Assembly: GCF_006345805.1 (NCBI RefSeq)
Contig: NC_043014.1
Coordinates: forward strand, 12,214,001 to 12,278,000
Length of the DNA: 64,000 nt
From: Octopus sinensis
Lineage: Eukaryota
Reading direction: 5' to 3'
Within the stretch, counting starts at the first letter, position 1. Each line of letters begins with the position of its first letter. Position numbers and translations under genes: made by a program. Shown piece by piece: positions 51,520 through 64,000 of the stretch. Below the pieces are notes generated by a model. It made no database searches, was not told the DNA's origin, and worked only from the letters and a program-made list of their open reading frames with translations.

Positions 51520-52490
51520 GGTTTCAGATTTGGGTACTAGGGAAGATTTGGGTACTAATTTTAGGAAGTCAATTACATTGGTCCTCTCGTATTCAACTGG
51601 TTCTTTATTTCATCGATCCCGAAAGGATGAAAAGTAAAGTCGACGTCGGTGGAATTTGAACTCTGAACGTAAGGAACCGGAAGAAATGTGGCTAAGCATT
51701 TTCTTGACACGCTAACAGTTCTGCTAGCTCGCCACTTTTGTCACTCCAATAATTACATAAGGAACTAAGGCAGCAAACTTGGCAGAGTCGTTAGCACACC
51801 GGGAAAAATACTTAGCGGCATTTCGTCCGTCTTCAGGCTCTGCGTTCAAATTTCGCCGAGGTCGACTTTGTTTTCATCTTTCTGTGGCCGAAAAAATACG
51901 TACCAGTTGAACACAGGGGTCGATGCAATCAACTATCTCCCTACCCCGAAATCCCTGACCATGTGCCAAAATTTGAAATTAATTATTACATAAGGAGATG
52001 GAAGAAATGCCATTAAACATTTTGTGCGACGCGCTAACGGTTCTGCCAGCGCGTCGCCTTTGTCGCTTCAATAACAAGAAACTAGAAGAAATGTCGCTAA
52101 GTATTTTGTCCGATGATATTTTGTTCACTAGAAATGGAAAGACATTTGTAAGCGTATAGTAGGTACTAGAATTGTAGATCCTTCATCAATTATCAAGAAC
52201 GATCTTTGGTGTGTGTGTGTGTAAAAGTATATTCTTATTTCTTTACTGCCCTAAAGGGGCTACACACAGAGTGGACAAACAAGGACAGACAAACGGATTA
52301 AGTCGATTACATCGACCCTAGTGTGTAACTGGTACTTATTTAATCAACTGGCATTTATTTGCAGTTCGGCAAAATAGATCAATAGAATAAGTACTAGGCT
52401 TACAAAGAATAAGTCCTGGGGTCGATTTGCTCGAACAAAAAGACCGTGCTCCAGCATGGCCACAGTCAAATGACTGAACCAAGTAAAAGA
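51520..52490. mobile_element. SINE cluster: A(-) 51520-51735, A(+) 51768-51980, A fragments, A(-) 52230-52345, B 3' part (+) 52360-52490
   Basis: Blocks match the family consensuses. Confidence 0.82.
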
Positions 52491-52494
52491 GAGT

Positions 52495-52585
52495 TCAACA
52501 TAGATATATTCTTTTACGCTAATCTTTGGCTTTATGTTAGCATCCGCTGGGCAGCTGATTTCCACTACTGAACACAGTTTCTCGT
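52495..52585 (-). mobile_element. RLE endonuclease fragment of a non-LTR retrotransposon
   Basis: EKLCSVVEISCPADANIKPKISVKEYIY resembles the (D/E)xxxP...K..KY motif. Confidence 0.55.
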
Positions 52586-53390
52586 ATGTATGTATGTATG
52601 TATGTATGTATGTATGTATGTATGTATGTATGTATGTATGCATGTATGTATATGTATGTATGTATGGTGTATGTATGCATTAATGTATATACGCGTGAAT
52701 GTATGTACACATGCATGTGTATTACTTTCTTTTGGCTAATTTAATTGTAGGATAGCTTAACTCCGTTTGATTCCCGAGGTTCCGTTTGATATAGAATACT
52801 GAGTAAATAACAATTTAGATTAATAGGGGGTCAGGGTTCACGAAAAGGTCTTCAGAACACTTCTACGTTTGCATAAAAACCATTGAGATATGGCGTATAC
52901 AAGTGTGCCAATTACATCGCTTTTGATTATATATATATGTATATATATATATACACACACATATATGTATATGTATCTATATATACATATGTATATACAT
53001 ACATACGTATACATATATATGATATACATATATAGATGTACACACACGCACACACACACACACACATATACACGTACAGACTCATATATGTAAGTGTATG
53101 TGTATATATGTATGTACGTATGCATGTATGTATGATATATCTCTTGGCACAGAAATCTCGGTAGCATTTCAACCTCTTAATAATTCGGATCAACTAAAAG
53201 TTGATGTAGATCTTTTATTGTTTGTTGTTCCTGTACAAAGATAAACTCGAACATTTATTTTGTCAGTTAAATGTCGTCTGTGATTTTACAATGTTTCTTA
53301 TATGGGAGCCCTGACTTTATTAATCACAAAGTCTTGCGTTCGACCCTACTGCGCGGTGCTTATGGTAGCTCGGTTATTGTTATGTATGAG

Positions 53391-53426
<36 letters not shown>

Positions 53427-53679
53427 ATATATATATAATATACATATATCAAAAAAGCAATTTTTATATCCAACTTAACTATTCGGTGATAATAATAATA
53501 AGGGTGAAAAATTGAATATTAATTTGATTAATATCAATTTAAAACCAGTATTCTAGCATATTAAAATCTGAAGATACAGAAAAAATTATATTACATACAT
53601 ATACCACTACATGGACATCCATATGCTAGATAGTGGATCTACTTCTAGCATATGGATGTCTACGTATGGTCATCCCTCT

Positions 53680-53838
53680 TATATGTATATTATATATATA
53701 TGTAATATATATATATATATATATAATATATATATATATATTATATAATATATATATATATATATAATGTATATATATATATATATATGATATATATATA
53801 TATATATATGTATATATACTATATATGTATATATATAT

Positions 53839-53921
<83 letters not shown>

Positions 53922-53927
53922 TATATG

Positions 53928-53973
<46 letters not shown>

Positions 53974-54072
53974 GTATATATATATATATATATATATGTT
54001 ATATATATGTATATATATATATATATGTATATATATATGTATATATATATATATATAATGTATATATATATG

Positions 54073-54105
<33 letters not shown>

Positions 54106-54173
54106 TATATATATATGTATATATATATGTATTATATATATATATATATATGTTATATATATATATATGTATG

Positions 54174-54204
<31 letters not shown>

Positions 54205-54307
54205 TATGTATATATATATATATATATTATATATATATATATATCTATATATATATATATAATGTATATATATATATCTATATATATATATATATATAGA
54301 TATATAT

Positions 54308-54339
<32 letters not shown>

Positions 54340-54405
54340 GATATATATATATATATATTATATATATATATATATATTATATATATATATATATATTATA
54401 TATAT
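53680..54405. repeat. Long degenerate (TA)n
   Basis: Visible directly. Confidence 0.95.
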
Positions 54406-54526
54406 GTAAAAGTAAAAAGATATATACAAACTGGGACAAGAACGTGAAACACCTAGAAGGCGACACAAGAAACACAGGAAGCCCTCAATCATCAGTCAAG
54501 AACCGGATCATCTTCGCAATTTCGGC

Positions 54527-54582
<56 letters not shown>

Positions 54583-54866
54583 ATATATTATATATATATA
54601 TGCGCGCGCGCGTGTGTATGTGTGTGTATATATATATACACACACGTATTCACACACACATATACATGCATAGAGAGAGAAAGAAAGAGATGAAGACGAG
54701 CAAGAGTCAGCAAGACCACAGTTACTAACTTCATGATTTGGCAAAGTTGTCGGTTGTAGTAATATATTTTCATATTCAGTCTGCTGACGTAACAAAGGAT
54801 TAACAGTAAACCAGCTTTCTCATGTCAAAACGCTGAGTAGAAAATGTCATTGTGAACTTATAGTGT

Positions 54867-54924
<58 letters not shown>

Positions 54925-54944
54925 CGTGCGTGTGTGTGTGTGTG

Positions 54945-54992
<48 letters not shown>

Positions 54993-55000
54993 CACTTAAA

Positions 55001-55345
55001 GGTGGCGAGCTGGCAGAAACGTTAGCATGCCGGGCGAAATACGTAGCCATATTTCGTCTGCCGTTACGTTCTGAGTTCAAATTCCGCCGAGGTCAACTTT
55101 GCCTTTCATCCCCTTGGGTCGATATAATCGACTTAATCCGTTTGTCTGTCCTTGATTGTCCACTCTGTGTTTAGTCCCTTGTGGGTAGTAAAGAAATAGG
55201 TATTTCATCTGTCTTTACGTTCTGAGTTCGAATTCCGCCGGGATCAATTTTGCCTTTCATCCTTTCAGGGACGACAAATTAAGGACCAGTTGCGTACTGG
55301 GGTCGATCCAAGCTACTGGTCTCCTCCCCAAAAGTTTTGGGCCTT
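55001..55345 (+). mobile_element. SINE A dimer or nested pair
   Basis: A full copy to about 55198, then a second headless body. Confidence 0.85.
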
Positions 55346-55409
55346 GTGCCAAGAGAAGAAAAGTATACACATGCACACATACATATAAATATCTATATAC
55401 CTATAAACC

Positions 55410-55447
<38 letters not shown>

Positions 55448-55892
55448 TTTACATATTTCTGCGTACTCACACACACACTCACTCACACATATGTATGCAT
55501 ATAAAATTGTTTTCCTCCGCCGAATTCGACGTATGAGGGTCAATCAATAGTTATTTTGTTTGTTTCTTATTCCCCCTTTTTAGCTTTGATTTCTGTTTCT
55601 TTATGAGTCTTTACAGACAATTGCAGATTAGATACATTAAAGGGTTGACCAACAAAACTGCTATCATATTAATTGGAGACTGTCCTTGCGCCCAGTTCTT
55701 TAAGGTGACTTTGACGGCCCATTTAATAATTCTTTATGGCTTTATAGCAAGTTAACCTCCATTCGTTGTGATTGAAAGCAGTTTTTCAAATGTTTCTAGG
55801 AAGAATCTCTGTCGAATTCAGGTTCCTTTGAACTTATTCTTGTACCTTAGCTATAACCTTCCTGCGCTTTTTCTTCCATCTTGACGCTGACT

Positions 55893-56045
55893 TGTTATGT
55901 CGCACGTTCGAACGCCTTCTACTCAACTATGCTCTACCCTATTCACTAGTCTACTACTCGACAGTGCTCGTGACGTCTAGGCTTCTCCCTCTATATCTAC
56001 GTATTGGGCTAGCCTACTTTATCGTCAGGGGGCGTCTACACAACA
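55893..56045. mobile_element. Tiny solo-LTR-like element (153 bp) with 5-bp TSD
   Basis: TGACT|TGTTATG...ACACAACA|TGACT. Confidence 0.85.
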
Positions 56046-56059
56046 TGACTTATACATGA

Positions 56060-57480
56060 GGATTTTTGGAATTCTGCTGCGATTCATTCCGCCGTGATTA
56101 ATCCATCTTAATTAAGACTGTAAAGGATTCAAAACCATCAAATTTACATAGGCCAATATTGGAATTCTTGTCCTTCAGATCGTATCTGCAAATGTTCCGA
56201 AGACAACGTCTATGAGAGATATCAAACTAGTTGGTATATAATCAATTGGGTACCCAAGATTCTGATCCATACAAGAAACAGAAGGGATTAAAGTTTGGTG
56301 CACATGAAGCTATGTTTTCTATAAGATTCTTCGTTCATCTCAGTCAGTGACGAAATTTGCCAAAAGCATTTGTAGCTTTGGTTATGGGATTGACTGTTTC
56401 ATTATCAAGAGGGTTATTTCTGTTCATTCTATTCCCCAGATATGTGAATTTCTGTACATATTTCAGGTCTTTGTAATTCATTAAATCAAGCTGGCGTGTG
56501 TGGAAGTAAAGCCATACGGCAGGAACATAGAAGATGAAAGTCACGGGAAGGAATATACGAGATGCCACACGGATGGTAGTCGAACCAAGAAAGAAAGGTC
56601 AGGCTTGGCCGAACAGCGGTCACGTGGAAGGAGAGGAGAAAGGTAGGAGAGGAGAGAAGTAGGAGAGGAGAGAGGTAGGAGAGGAGAGAAGTAGGAGAGG
56701 AGAGAGGTAGGAGAGGAGGTAGGTAGGAGAGGAAAGAGGTAGGAGAGGAGAGAGGTAGGAGAGGAGAGAGGTTGGAGAGAAGAGAGGTAGGAGAGGAGGG
56801 AGGTAGGGGATGAGAGAGGTAGGAGAGGAAAGAGGTAGGAGAGGAGGGAGGTAGGAGAGGAGAGAAGTAGGACAGGAGAGAGGTAGGAGAGGAGGGAGGT
56901 AGGAGAGGAAAGAGGTAGGAGAGGAGAGAGGTAGGAGAGGAGAGAGGTAGGAGAGGAGGGAGGTAGGAGAGGAGAGAGGTAGGAGAGGAAAGAGGTAGGA
57001 GAGGTGGGAGGTAGGAGAGGAGAGAAGTAGGACAGGAGAGAGGTAGGAGAGGAGGGAGGTAGGAGAGGAGAGAGGTAGGAGAGGTAGGAGAGGAAAGAGG
57101 TTGGAGAGGAGGGAGGCAGGAGAGGAGAGAGGTAGGAGTAGAGGGATTGAAGAATTATGGAGAATTACTGAGTATGTCTACCTGCTGGAAATAGGAGTCA
57201 AAACTCTTATTTAAACTACCGGAAAAATAACACTGAAGATAACTACAGAAATCAACCGTCTGCGAGCATACTGGTTAAGAAAATCATTCACCATACCAAT
57301 AATTCATGTATAAATCGTTTGCATTTGGCACTGATTATCAAATTTATCAATGCTCAGTTTAAAATAGGGCCAACATTTCTCATCTGGTCTGAGTGGGTTA
57401 CCAGCTAAAATGAGGCTTGATTCTTTTTACATACATCTCGGTATTTTACCAGACTCACACAAACCTGAATCACATACTTG
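56060..57480 (-). mobile_element. RTE-clade LINE relic, interrupted by an unclassified element (about 56481-57262)
   Basis: DLKYVQKFTYLG..LDNETVNPITKATNAFGKFR resembles RTE/BovB (L..V..F.YLGS..DEI..RI.KA..AFG.L). The interrupting element recurs at 61620-61895 (-). Confidence 0.7.
56631..57138 (+). repeat. Polypurine minisatellite, 16-nt unit GAGGTAGGAGAGGAGA
   Basis: About 30 tandem units with minor variants. Confidence 0.95.
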
Positions 57481-57881
57481 TTAGTACACGTAAATAGTAG
57501 GCCACGAGCTTGCAAAATCGTTACCATGGAGTACAAAATACTCAGCGGCATTTCATCCGGCTCTTTATGTTCTGAGTTCAAATTCTGCCGAGGTCAGCTT
57601 CGCCCTTTTTCCTTTCGAGATCAATAAAATAAAATACAAGTAATCGACTTGTCCCATTCCTTCAAAATTACGGGCCTCGAACCCTGCCACGGACCGGTTT
57701 TTCGTTCAGGAGAATGCTGTAACCTCGGTTCCCTAGAAGCCATGAAAACCTGCTACTTGGCCTTAAGTGTCGTAGGACATAAGAAAATTACACGTATAGA
57801 TGTGTGAGTAGACTTTTCTGTATTTCGGAGATAAAATGAAGTTAATTTTTGGTGTTTTGCTTATTTCTTAATATATATTCT

Positions 57882-58206
57882 GTGAAGACATGTAGCTTAG
57901 TGGTAAGGGTATTCGACTCAAGATCGTAAGGTCATGAGTTCAATTCCCGGCGACGCGTTGTGTCCTTAAGCAAGACATTTTATCTCATGTTGCTCTAGTC
58001 TACTCAGCTGGCAAAAATGTGTTGTACCTGTATTTCAAAGGGGCCAGCCTTGTCACAATCTGTGTCATGCTGAATCTCCCTGAGAACTACATTAAGGGTA
58101 CACATGTTTGTGGACAGCTCAGTCACATGCAGGTTAATTTAACGGGCAGGCTGTTCCGTTGATCACATGAACTGTAATCCTCGTCGTCGCAATCGACGGA
58201 GTGCCA
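57882..58206 (+). mobile_element. CORE-type SINE family D (head D + tail X)
   Basis: tRNA head, CORE-like GTGTCCTTAAGCAAGACA..CTCAGCTGGCAAAAATG, and a tail ending GACGGAGTGCCA. Confidence 0.9.
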
Positions 58207-58572
58207 ATATATCTTGTTTTTTTTTTTGTTTTTCTTTTTAACCCCACTCTTTCTTTATTGAAGCGTGCTCACACATGTATATTAAGAGATATTAATACAC
58301 TTATACACTGATATTGACATGTGTGCTGTATAACATTGCACATAAACACAACTACGTAGATATACACCACACATGTAAGTACATACACTTACACAAATAC
58401 GTGCCACCAAGCCACAAACACACTCTCACACACATACGTACGCACAGAGAGAGACACACACATACACACACACATAAATCAAATGTATGCTGCACCACAC
58501 TCATATGAATACAGCCACATGCAAGTGCACCAGCACGCACATATGTTTATATACGTATATACCGTCATGAAG

Positions 58573-58604
<32 letters not shown>

Positions 58605-58909
58605 GCACGTAAGCGGAACAGTTCTTCAACTATCAGTTTGATCCTATTTACGTTATGACTGATGGATATTTGATTTTTTCCCCCTGCAGCTGTTTCTTAG
58701 CCAGAGACATTGGAGAACTCTAAGAAGGCGACCACGTAGAATGAGGTCGGCCTTGACTCAGCAGACCACAGATCAGAAGCGTTCTACCCATGACGTTCCA
58801 GGCCATCATATAATCTCAAACGTAAAAACATTGAATCTAAGACTTATTCGGTTTACGTTTAATACTAATTGTCAAAATTGATCTTAGATGCAATACTTTT
58901 CAATTTTAT

Positions 58910-58999
58910 TATATATATATATATATATAATATAATAATAATATATATATATATATATCATACATACATATATATATATATATTATATAATATATATAC

Positions 59000-59044
<45 letters not shown>

Positions 59045-59049
59045 CATAC

Positions 59050-59081
<32 letters not shown>

Positions 59082-59092
59082 CACATACATAC

Positions 59093-59136
<44 letters not shown>

Positions 59137-59603
59137 CATACATATATACACATACATACATTATATATATACACTACATACATATATATACACATACATA
59201 CATACATACATATATATACACATACATACATAATACATATATTACACATACATACATACATACATATATATACACATACATAATACATAATATATATACA
59301 CATACATACATACATACATATATATACACATACATACATACATACATATATATACACATACATACATACATACATATATATACACATACATACATACATA
59401 CATATATATACACATACATACATACATACATATATATACACATACATACATACATACATATATATACACATACATACATACATACATATATATACACATA
59501 CATACATACATACATATATATACACATACATACATACATACATATATATACCAATACATACATACATATATATATAATATATCTATATATATTAATATAT
59601 ATG

Positions 59604-59642
<39 letters not shown>

Positions 59643-59835
59643 TTGTGTGTCTGTGTTTGTCCCACCAACATCGCTTGACAACCGATGGTGGAGTGTTTAC
59701 GTCCCCGTAACTTAGTGGTTCGGCAAAAGAGACCGACAGAATAAGTACTAAGCTTACAAAGAATAAGTCCTGGGGTCGACTAAAGGCGGTGCTCCGGCAT
59801 GGCCGCAGTCAAATGACTGAAACAAGTAAAAGAGT
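58910..59835 (+). repeat. (TA)n/(CATA)n compound tract with a ~22-nt higher-order unit, followed by a SINE B 3' half (59640-59835)
   Basis: TATATACACATACATACATACA repeats, then the SINE B consensus. Confidence 0.9.
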
Positions 59836-60315
59836 ATAGTAGGATGTGTGCGATTCAACAAACACGGATTGTTGGTAAAGTCATCCGGTGTATCGAACAA
59901 ATGTGATAGTTGTTCCAACTGTTTCTGTTCCGATTTCAAATTCTGTCAACGTCAACTTCCATCCTTCAGGAATCGATAAACAAATTACCAATCATTACGG
60001 TCTATAAACAAAGTACAAGTTAAGTACGGTTGATCAACAAGGAACCAATCAAGTACTTAGGTTGGTTCTTCTTTGTTCCACCCGTAACTTTACAGTTCAT
60101 TTTTTGTATTTTAGGTTAAGCATTGGCGTGTTTACGGTTTGGCCGCAGTCTAATGACTGAAAACAAGTAAAAGTCGTTAGAATGTGATTCGAGAAAGAGA
60201 TTTGACTGCTGTTTCTGGCAGATAAAGCGACCACGTAGAGGCGTTAAACTGGGTTGTGTGCTTGGAAGTCTACTGTTTTAAAGATTTTCACAAATTATAT
60301 CGCCGCTATTTTCCA

Positions 60316-60880
60316 TATTTCTTTACTGCCCACAAGGGGCTACACACAGAGGGGGCAAACAAGGAAAGACAAACGGATTAAGTCGATTATATCGACCCTA
60401 GTGCGTAACTGGTACTTAACTTATCGACCCCGAAAGGATGAAAAGCAAAGTCGACCTCGGCGGAATTTGAACTCAGAACGTAGCGGCAGTCGAAATACCG
60501 CTAAGAATTTCGCCCGACGTGCTAACGTTTCTGCCAGCTCGCCGCTTTTCTGTCAGGTTGTTATGAAAAATAGCACGCTGCTATTTTTCTATCAGGCTGT
60601 GTGAGCACGAAGGTGCGTGGCCTAGTGGTTAAGGTGTTGCTCTCTCGATCGTAAGAACGTGGTTTCGATCTGCCGACCGGGCGGTGCATTATGTTTTTTT
60701 ATTTAATTCTTTTTTTATTGCGTAGAACGCTTTCTTTCATGTTGCTCCAGTCCAACTCAGCTGTAAATGAGTAATTCTGCAACAGACCAGCGTACCGTTC
60801 AGGGAGAACGTTGAGATCTCGGCCACGTACAGGCCAAGGGAATCGCATAACAAGCCCTGTGACTCCTACGACTCGAGGCA
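60316..60880. mobile_element. SINE A (-) 60316-60545 and diverged SINE D (+) 60609-60880
   Basis: Both match their family consensuses. Confidence 0.85.
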
Positions 60881-61475
60881 GTAATGTCGGTGGTGACTGC
60901 TTGTGTGTGCACCATTACTGAAGTTTTAAATTATTCTTTAATTACAAATTCTGTGCTATCACATAACGTCAAACTGATTGTCCTCAATAGTCTGCCATAT
61001 TCCTTGATTTAATTTTTGCATTTGGATTTCTCGTGTGTTGAAACATATTTTGTTGGATCTCGGCACTGGCTCTCTTTCACTTCTGCATTGTTTGTCAGTT
61101 TTACCATTTGGCTAATTAACTAATCGACTGTTTGATTAATCACCCGGTAAACCAATCGATCGGTTGTATTTGTTCAAAGTCCTTTCGTTGCAGTTCGAGA
61201 CCTCATCAATGACTTGTTCTCTCTACTCCAGATCTGCTTCAGGTCTGTCTGTCTGTCTCAGTTGGCAAGATTTTCGTTGTGAACCTCGTGTGTTGATACG
61301 TATTTTGTTGGATCTCGGGAGGGTCATTGTACTAATAATAAACACACACGCACTGGTTCATTATGCCAATTTTAAACACACACGCACTAGCTTTCACATC
61401 CTTATTATTCAACAATTGGCTGACTATTTAACCAATTATCTAATCGATCGTTTAGTTGATCGTTCGGTTAATCAG

Positions 61476-61506
<31 letters not shown>

Positions 61507-62286
61507 GTTGTGTTCGTCAAAGCCCTTTCGGCGTCACACATGACCTCTTCAATGACATGTCCCTCTGCTTGAGGTCAGATTAATCACACAATCGATTAAT
61601 AATTGGTTACATAGTTAAACAGACAGTTGATTTCTGTAGTTTTTGTCAGTGTTATTTTTCCGGCAGTTTGAATAAGAGTTTTGACTGTTATTTCCAACAG
61701 GTAAACATACTCAATAATTCTCCCTAATTCTTCAATTCCTCTACCATTATCTCTCTTCTCTCCTTCCACGTGACCGGTGTTCGGTGAAGCCTGACCTTTC
61801 TTTCTTGGTTCGACTATCATCCGTGTGGCATCTATATTCCTTTCTATGTTCCTGAAGTAAGGTTTCACTTCCACCCACGCCAGCTTGATTTAATTCGTCC
61901 TTAGTCGAAAGACACCTGTTGTTAATGTCCTGTTGTTTGTATTTATAATCGTGTACCATTTCTCCGTTTTTTCGTCCTTGTTTTCATATACATTCGCTTG
62001 CTTTCTTCCAAAGAATCTAGTGCTCTTAACTTAGATTTTCTTGGGGCCGGCCATATTAGAGCAGTCTCGAGAGTAACCGGCCGAAGCTGCAAAGACGATC
62101 TGGTACTCGACTGAAGATTGAAGCTCCGAATGACCCGTTCTTGTTTTTTCCCTGTCGTGTTTTATATCGTCTAACTGTCCGAATGTTTTGTAGTCGCCTG
62201 TTACATTCTTGTTCCATTGAAAAAAAATTATATATACATATAGCGGCGTACGTACACTTTTGGTCTCCCGTATGTAAGTACACACA

Positions 62287-62324
<38 letters not shown>

Positions 62325-62679
62325 TACACACACATATGTGCATTTACTTTCATGAATACGTGTGCGTATATAAGTTTGAAGGAGCGGGTTGTTTAGGGGT
62401 GGTGGCGAACATATATTTCTCAGTAAGTCACGTTGTTAAACAAATCTCACGTCTCCATTACAACGGATTTGAAATCCAATAAACACATAAAATTTATTTA
62501 ACAGCAACAAACGACCAGACTGAAACGTATAAACAAAAGAAAACAATCTCGGTTGAAACAATATCACAAATGAAAACCTCCATTGGTAAGAAAATGTCGT
62601 CGAGGGAAGACGACAAGCAAAAGTCTTTTGTTACCATTCCTTCTTTCTTTCGATAAATCGTACTTTCATTCATTCAATA

Positions 62680-62733
62680 TTTCTTTCTTTCTTTCTTTCA
62701 ATATTTCTTTCCTTCTTTCTTTCTTTGAATATT

Positions 62734-62765
<32 letters not shown>

Positions 62766-62818
62766 TCCTTCGTTCTTTCTTTCTGTTCTTTCCTTCTTTC
62801 TTTCTTTCTTTCCTTTTT

Positions 62819-62874
<56 letters not shown>

Positions 62875-62965
62875 TCATTCTTTCCTTCTTTCTTTCTTTC
62901 TTCTTTCTTTCTTTCTGTCAGTCTGTCTGTCTATCAGCCTTCCTTCCTTCCTTCCTCCTTCCTTC
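62680..62965. repeat. (TTTC)n/(TTCC)n microsatellite
   Basis: Visible directly. Confidence 0.95.
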
Positions 62966-63854
62966 CACCATTTTTTTTATTCGTTTCAGTTTCCTTTTTT
63001 TTTAAAAAAAAGTCGATTCAAATTGTTTTTGCCGTTGTTGTTGTGTTGTTGTTGTTGTTATATTTATATTTATTTATTTATCAAACATCATTTACATAAG
63101 TGGCCATATTTTTTTTTCTCTCTCTCGCTTTAATTGGATAAACATTTCGTTTTTCCGCTATCTAATTCCATGTTTTCAACAATCCCTGTAACAGAAACCT
63201 TGTCAACAATATTATATATAGAAAAAAGAAAAAAAAAAAAAGAAAGAAAAAGCAAAACACGAAAAAAAAAAACTGTTCCAGAACTTTTCATTTGTTTCCG
63301 ATCTGTTTTGTGCATTTGTTTTTTTCATTCGTCATCATGGTATTTCTTCGTATTTTTTTTATTTCGCATTTTTCTCATGGCTTAAAGCACACACTAACAC
63401 ATGCACACACACTAACACGCACAAAGGCACACACATACATACTCATACACACATATCTACATACAGATACTCAACAATATACTCAGGCAGGCATACATTC
63501 ATTAGTAAGTATATTTTTGTAAACAAAGCATCGAAATGCATACACTTGCGCACGCATGAGCGCCCGCACACACGAAGAAAAATGTCTCAAGTGCTGGTGA
63601 TTTGCAAGCACACATACACATACACGCAAGCAAGCACACACAATTTGATAGAGCTGTTTGTCCAAGTAGTGTATTATACGCCGCATGTTTCCTTTATATA
63701 ACAAACAAAGACGCGAATGTACTCAATACAATATAGTAAGGTTTATTTATGAGGTGTTTTTGTGGCCTGAAACTCGGACTTTCAACGAAATGGAAGATAA
63801 GTTTCTTACAATCATACATGCGTGATGGCTGAAAATTCGCACACGAATTGACAA

Positions 63855-64000
63855 GGACCGAAAATTTTGGGGAGGTGGGGCAGTCGATTAGATCGACCCC
63901 AGTGTGCAACTGGTGCTTAATTTATCGATCCCCGAAAGGATGAAAGGCAAAATCGACCTCGGCGGAATTTGAACTCAGAACGTAAAGACAGACGAAATAC
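63855..64000 (-). mobile_element. SINE family A (cut by the window end)
   Basis: Reverse complement of the family A body. Confidence 0.88.

Noticed and set aside
56631-57138. CRISPR-like or telomere-like array
   Set aside because: There are no unique spacers, the unit is not TTAGGG, and the context is eukaryotic with no cas genes.
56474-57307. TAATTCAT as an 8-bp TSD of the minisatellite-bearing element
   Set aside because: Homology with the second copy ends near 57262 and RTE-like sequence appears to resume before the second TAATTCAT, so this is likely a chance match.

Overview
AT-rich, repeat-saturated animal genomic DNA with no recognisable host protein-coding exon, so probably a giant intron or gene desert. 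The tRNA-derived SINE types (CORE-domain, OR/OK-like) and the very high microsatellite load suggest an octopod cephalopod (inference). Almost all supplied ORFs are microsatellite or SINE artefacts. The real content is: dozens of tRNA-derived SINEs in about 4 families with shuffled 3' modules; decayed CR1, RTE and R4/Dong LINE fragments; Penelope-like (PLE) relics; two deleted mariner copies; a truncated Tc1; non-autonomous Helitrons; TTAA MITEs; and two tiny solo-LTR-like elements. Two observations stand out. (1) A full-length U6 snRNA copy is fused directly to a full-length SINE, both inside one target-site duplication (a U6-SINE chimeric retrocopy), and the U6 was later split by a second SINE. 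(2) At least 10 type-I hammerhead-ribozyme-like motifs occur, many in short non-coding elements sitting in (TA)n tracts or arranged as inverted or tandem pairs, consistent with PLE-derived retrozyme-like elements. All coordinates and alignments were read by eye and boundaries are approximate.
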